64,000 bases of DNA from Clostridia bacterium. Lineage in GTDB: Bacteria > Bacillota > Clostridia > UMGS1883 > UMGS1540. A model generated the notes under the pieces. That model ran no database searches. It saw only the letters and a list, made by a program, of their open reading frames with translations, and was not told where the DNA came from. The translations under genes were made by a program, and so were the position numbers. This document shows positions 61,500 through 64,000 of the stretch, one piece after another. The stretch spans positions 1-64,000 of the forward strand of contig JAZSIR010000021.1 in the NCBI GenBank assembly GCA_045533905.1. The letters are read 5' to 3'. Numbering within the stretch: the first letter of the stretch is position 1; each line of letters begins with the position of its first letter.

Positions 61500-62309
61500 T
61501 TATAATTTACGCATTTTTCCGGGTGTTATTTTATAAACATTTTTAAAAGTGTTCGACATATGAGACTGTGAATAGAATCCGCATAGGTGTGAGATTTCGG
61601 AAATTGAAATATCCGTTGTGAGTAACATTTCTCGTACTCTTATCAATCTTTGTTTTGTAATATATTTATGTAGCGTTATCCCTTCGTTTTTTACAAAAAC
61701 TTCATTAAGATAATATGGATGATAGTGCAATTTATCTGAGATTTCCTTTATATTTACAGATATGTTATTTTCAACGATTTCTTTAATTTTTTCACATAGA
61801 GGTACTTTGTGTTGATTGTTTTCTTTGTTTCTCGACAACTTTAACAAAATTATATTCAAATACAAATTTTCTATATCTTGTTTTTTTGTGCTTTTTTTAC
61901 TTTCATTGTAAATGCTTTCTATATCGTTCCCTATTTCTTTTGCATTATTTACATATATTACATCAGAAAAAATATCTGGAATTTCAGCATTATACCGAAA
62001 TATAGTGTCATAATTAAACTCACCCGCTTTTTCCGGTACCATTACTCCTATATGCGAAAACTCTTGCGTAAAATCAAAGTTAACTGTATAAAATATTATG
62101 GTTTCATTTGAATGAATATGATAGGGAAACCCTGAAGGATAATAAATTAGAGTATTTTTACAAAGAGGGTATGTTTTATTGTTACATTCAAAAACACCAT
62201 TACCACTCAAAATATAAATCATACGGCAATCCCTCGCAATTACCATGTTATCTATAAAATATTTTGTTTTTGCAATATATCTTACAAAAGGCTCATAATA
62301 CAAAGGCAT
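61500..62309 (-). CDS. AraC-family transcriptional regulator
   Basis: Cupin IYILSGNG and [18 protein letters not shown]. Confidence 0.9.
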   Translation of the reverse strand: MPLYYEPFVRYIAKTKYFIDNMVIARDCRMIYILSGNGVFECNNKTYPLCKNTLIYYPSGFPYHIHSNETIIFYTVNFDFTQEFSHIGVMVPEKAGEFNYDTIFRYNAEIPDIFSDVIYVNNAKEIGNDIESIYNESKKSTKKQDIENLYLNIILLKLSRNKENNQHKVPLCEKIKEIVENNISVNIKEISDKLHYHPYYLNEVFVKNEGITLHKYITKQRLIRVREMLLTTDISISEISHLCGFYSQSHMSNTFKNVYKITPGKMRKL

Positions 62310-62418
62310 ACAACCAACTCATTTCTTTGTTTTTTGATAAAATAACTTCGTTATATGCATTGATTATAACATAATTAAATATTATAATCAAGAAAAATAA
62401 TAAAAGAAGGTGCTTTTT

Positions 62419-63999
62419 GTGAAAAATCCATTAATTACAATGTCAGCCGTTACAGGAAGGCCATCATTGAGTTTTGTCCAAAATTATATGAAATCTCTTA
62501 AGGAAAATGGTATTGAACAAGTTATGATTTACCCGAGGTCAGGATGTGAGCTTGAATATTTAAGCAACGACTGGTTTAAGACGGTAGAATACTTTTTAAA
62601 GTGTGCAAAGCGGTTGGATATGAACATATGGTTATATGATGATTTTAATTGGCCGTCAGGGGATGCGGGCGGAATGGTTTCAAAAAAATATATGTTGAAA
62701 TCAATTACAACAGTAGGGAAAAATATAGGTGAAATCAGTACATATTCAGAGCATAATGGTAAGATTTTCGGAATAAAATCTTTTCCCGATTTGCTGTCTT
62801 TTGATGCTGTTGATTACTTTATAAACATCACTCACGAGCAATATTATAGACATTTTAAAGAATATTTTGGAAACACAATAAAAGGTATTTTCACCGACGA
62901 GCCAAGCATTGGATATTGCTGCAACAATTCATCTGTGCCATATTATGAACAGCTCCCCGATGATTATAAAAGCTTGTGCGGAGATGACTTTTATGATGAT
63001 ATGGAGCTTGGCAGAGACAAGTTTTACGAAACCGTTATGCTTGCAGTGGCAAACAGGTTTAAAGCATGCTATGTTGATAAAATACGCAATTGGTGCGAGG
63101 AACACTCAATAGATATGTGTGGTCATATGATATATGATCACGAGCCTTGCGCTGCAACCCGAAATAACGGCAATTTATTGACAATGCTTTCGTCATTCTC
63201 TATTGCGGGAGTAGATGAAATTAACACCAATCTAAATGATTCCACTCTCCTTTCTCTTTTCGGTGCTGCCCAATATGCAAGAAAGGGTAATTATGCTATG
63301 GCAGAATTATTTGCATTAGGACCGTGTGATATGTCATATACATTAAGAAAAAGTATGATTTTTTATTCTGCCTGCTTCAAAATAAACCTTTACTTTCTGG
63401 CAGTTTCTCATATGGATATGAGAGGAAATACCGCAATACTTGATTATTTTAATGATTTCTCAATTTCTCAGCCGGATTTTTCAGGAATGAAGCTTTTGGC
63501 ACAAGAGGCACAGTTAGCGGCTGAATATGCAGATAAGGATTTTACACCCGATGTATATATTGAATATCCTTCAGAATTATGTGCCGGTAACTTGATGAAT
63601 AAAAATTTTAATACCAATATTTTTATAGCTCTTTTAAAACGACTTACCTACTATCAGATACAGTGGAAATTTATCGATAAAGGTGATGATACAAACAATA
63701 TTGAAGTAATCAGACTTACAAAGGATAATACCTTAAAATACGCACATATCACAACAACCGATATAGATGAAATATGCAAAGCCCTTGCACAAAAACCGCT
63801 TGTTATCAATATTAACGGTGAACTGTGTGAAAATATTTTTGTGCGAAAATTTGATGATGGCAGCTTTGTTGTAATTAATCTTGATGCCGCACCGTCAAAA
63901 TATATTATAAACCGCATTGATAAAGAGATTGACGGTTTTGGTGTAGTAACTGACAAGGATGTAATTCCTACCGAGTATAAAAAAGTAAAAGCTGAAATT
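62419..63999 (+). CDS. GH106-like (alpha-L-rhamnosidase-like) glycoside hydrolase, 3'-truncated by the window
   Basis: Not in the ORF track. GTG start behind GAAGGTG; YPRSG, YLSNDW, WLYDDFNWPSG, THEQY, GIFTDEP, WCEEH. Confidence 0.7.
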   Translation, partial: MKNPLITMSAVTGRPSLSFVQNYMKSLKENGIEQVMIYPRSGCELEYLSNDWFKTVEYFLKCAKRLDMNIWLYDDFNWPSGDAGGMVSKKYMLKSITTVGKNIGEISTYSEHNGKIFGIKSFPDLLSFDAVDYFINITHEQYYRHFKEYFGNTIKGIFTDEPSIGYCCNNSSVPYYEQLPDDYKSLCGDDFYDDMELGRDKFYETVMLAVANRFKACYVDKIRNWCEEHSIDMCGHMIYDHEPCAATRNNGNLLTMLSSFSIAGVDEINTNLNDSTLLSLFGAAQYARKGNYAMAELFALGPCDMSYTLRKSMIFYSACFKINLYFLAVSHMDMRGNTAILDYFNDFSISQPDFSGMKLLAQEAQLAAEYADKDFTPDVYIEYPSELCAGNLMNKNFNTNIFIALLKRLTYYQIQWKFIDKGDDTNNIEVIRLTKDNTLKYAHITTTDIDEICKALAQKPLVININGELCENIFVRKFDDGSFVVINLDAAPSKYIINRIDKEIDGFGVVTDKDVIPTEYKKVKAEI

Positions 64000-64000
64000 C

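Larger units (their letters stand above)
52250..64000. mobile_element. AT-rich genomic island: tandem cassette array delimited by spoIVB-tail junctions (continues past the window)
   Basis: Visible drop in GC; three full repeats and one remnant of a composite junction; cargo of regulator plus glycan-enzyme modules. The left boundary is approximate. Confidence 0.75.

Overview
64 kb of chromosome from a spore-forming anaerobic Firmicute (Clostridia-like), in two parts. About 1-52250 is moderate-GC core/metabolic DNA: two secreted glycan-binding proteins, an AraC regulator and GH127, PPi-dependent PFK, a Na+-pumping decarboxylase operon, upp, a DtxR-family regulator with feoAB, tRNA-Arg(ACG), an acyl-CoA ligase, a translationally coupled nfnA-nfnB-hydC-hydB-hydA operon, uvrA, rarA, a ROK-controlled polyol catabolic operon behind a fully palindromic bidirectional promoter, and the glycogen cluster. 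About 52250-64000 is visibly AT-richer and is built as a tandem array of small carbohydrate-utilisation cassettes (regulator plus divergent enzyme genes). The cassettes are separated by a recurring junction: an inverted repeat TGTTGTC-N7-GACAACA, then after 3 bp an in-frame, divergent copy of the 3' end of the sporulation protease gene spoIVB starting at the catalytic (G)MSGSP motif, then a terminator. Three complete junctions and one eroded remnant are visible, and no recombinase gene lies in the window. This looks like an integron-like cassette array that grows inside spoIVB and is the main candidate for an undescribed system. All calls are from reading the sequence; no searches were run.
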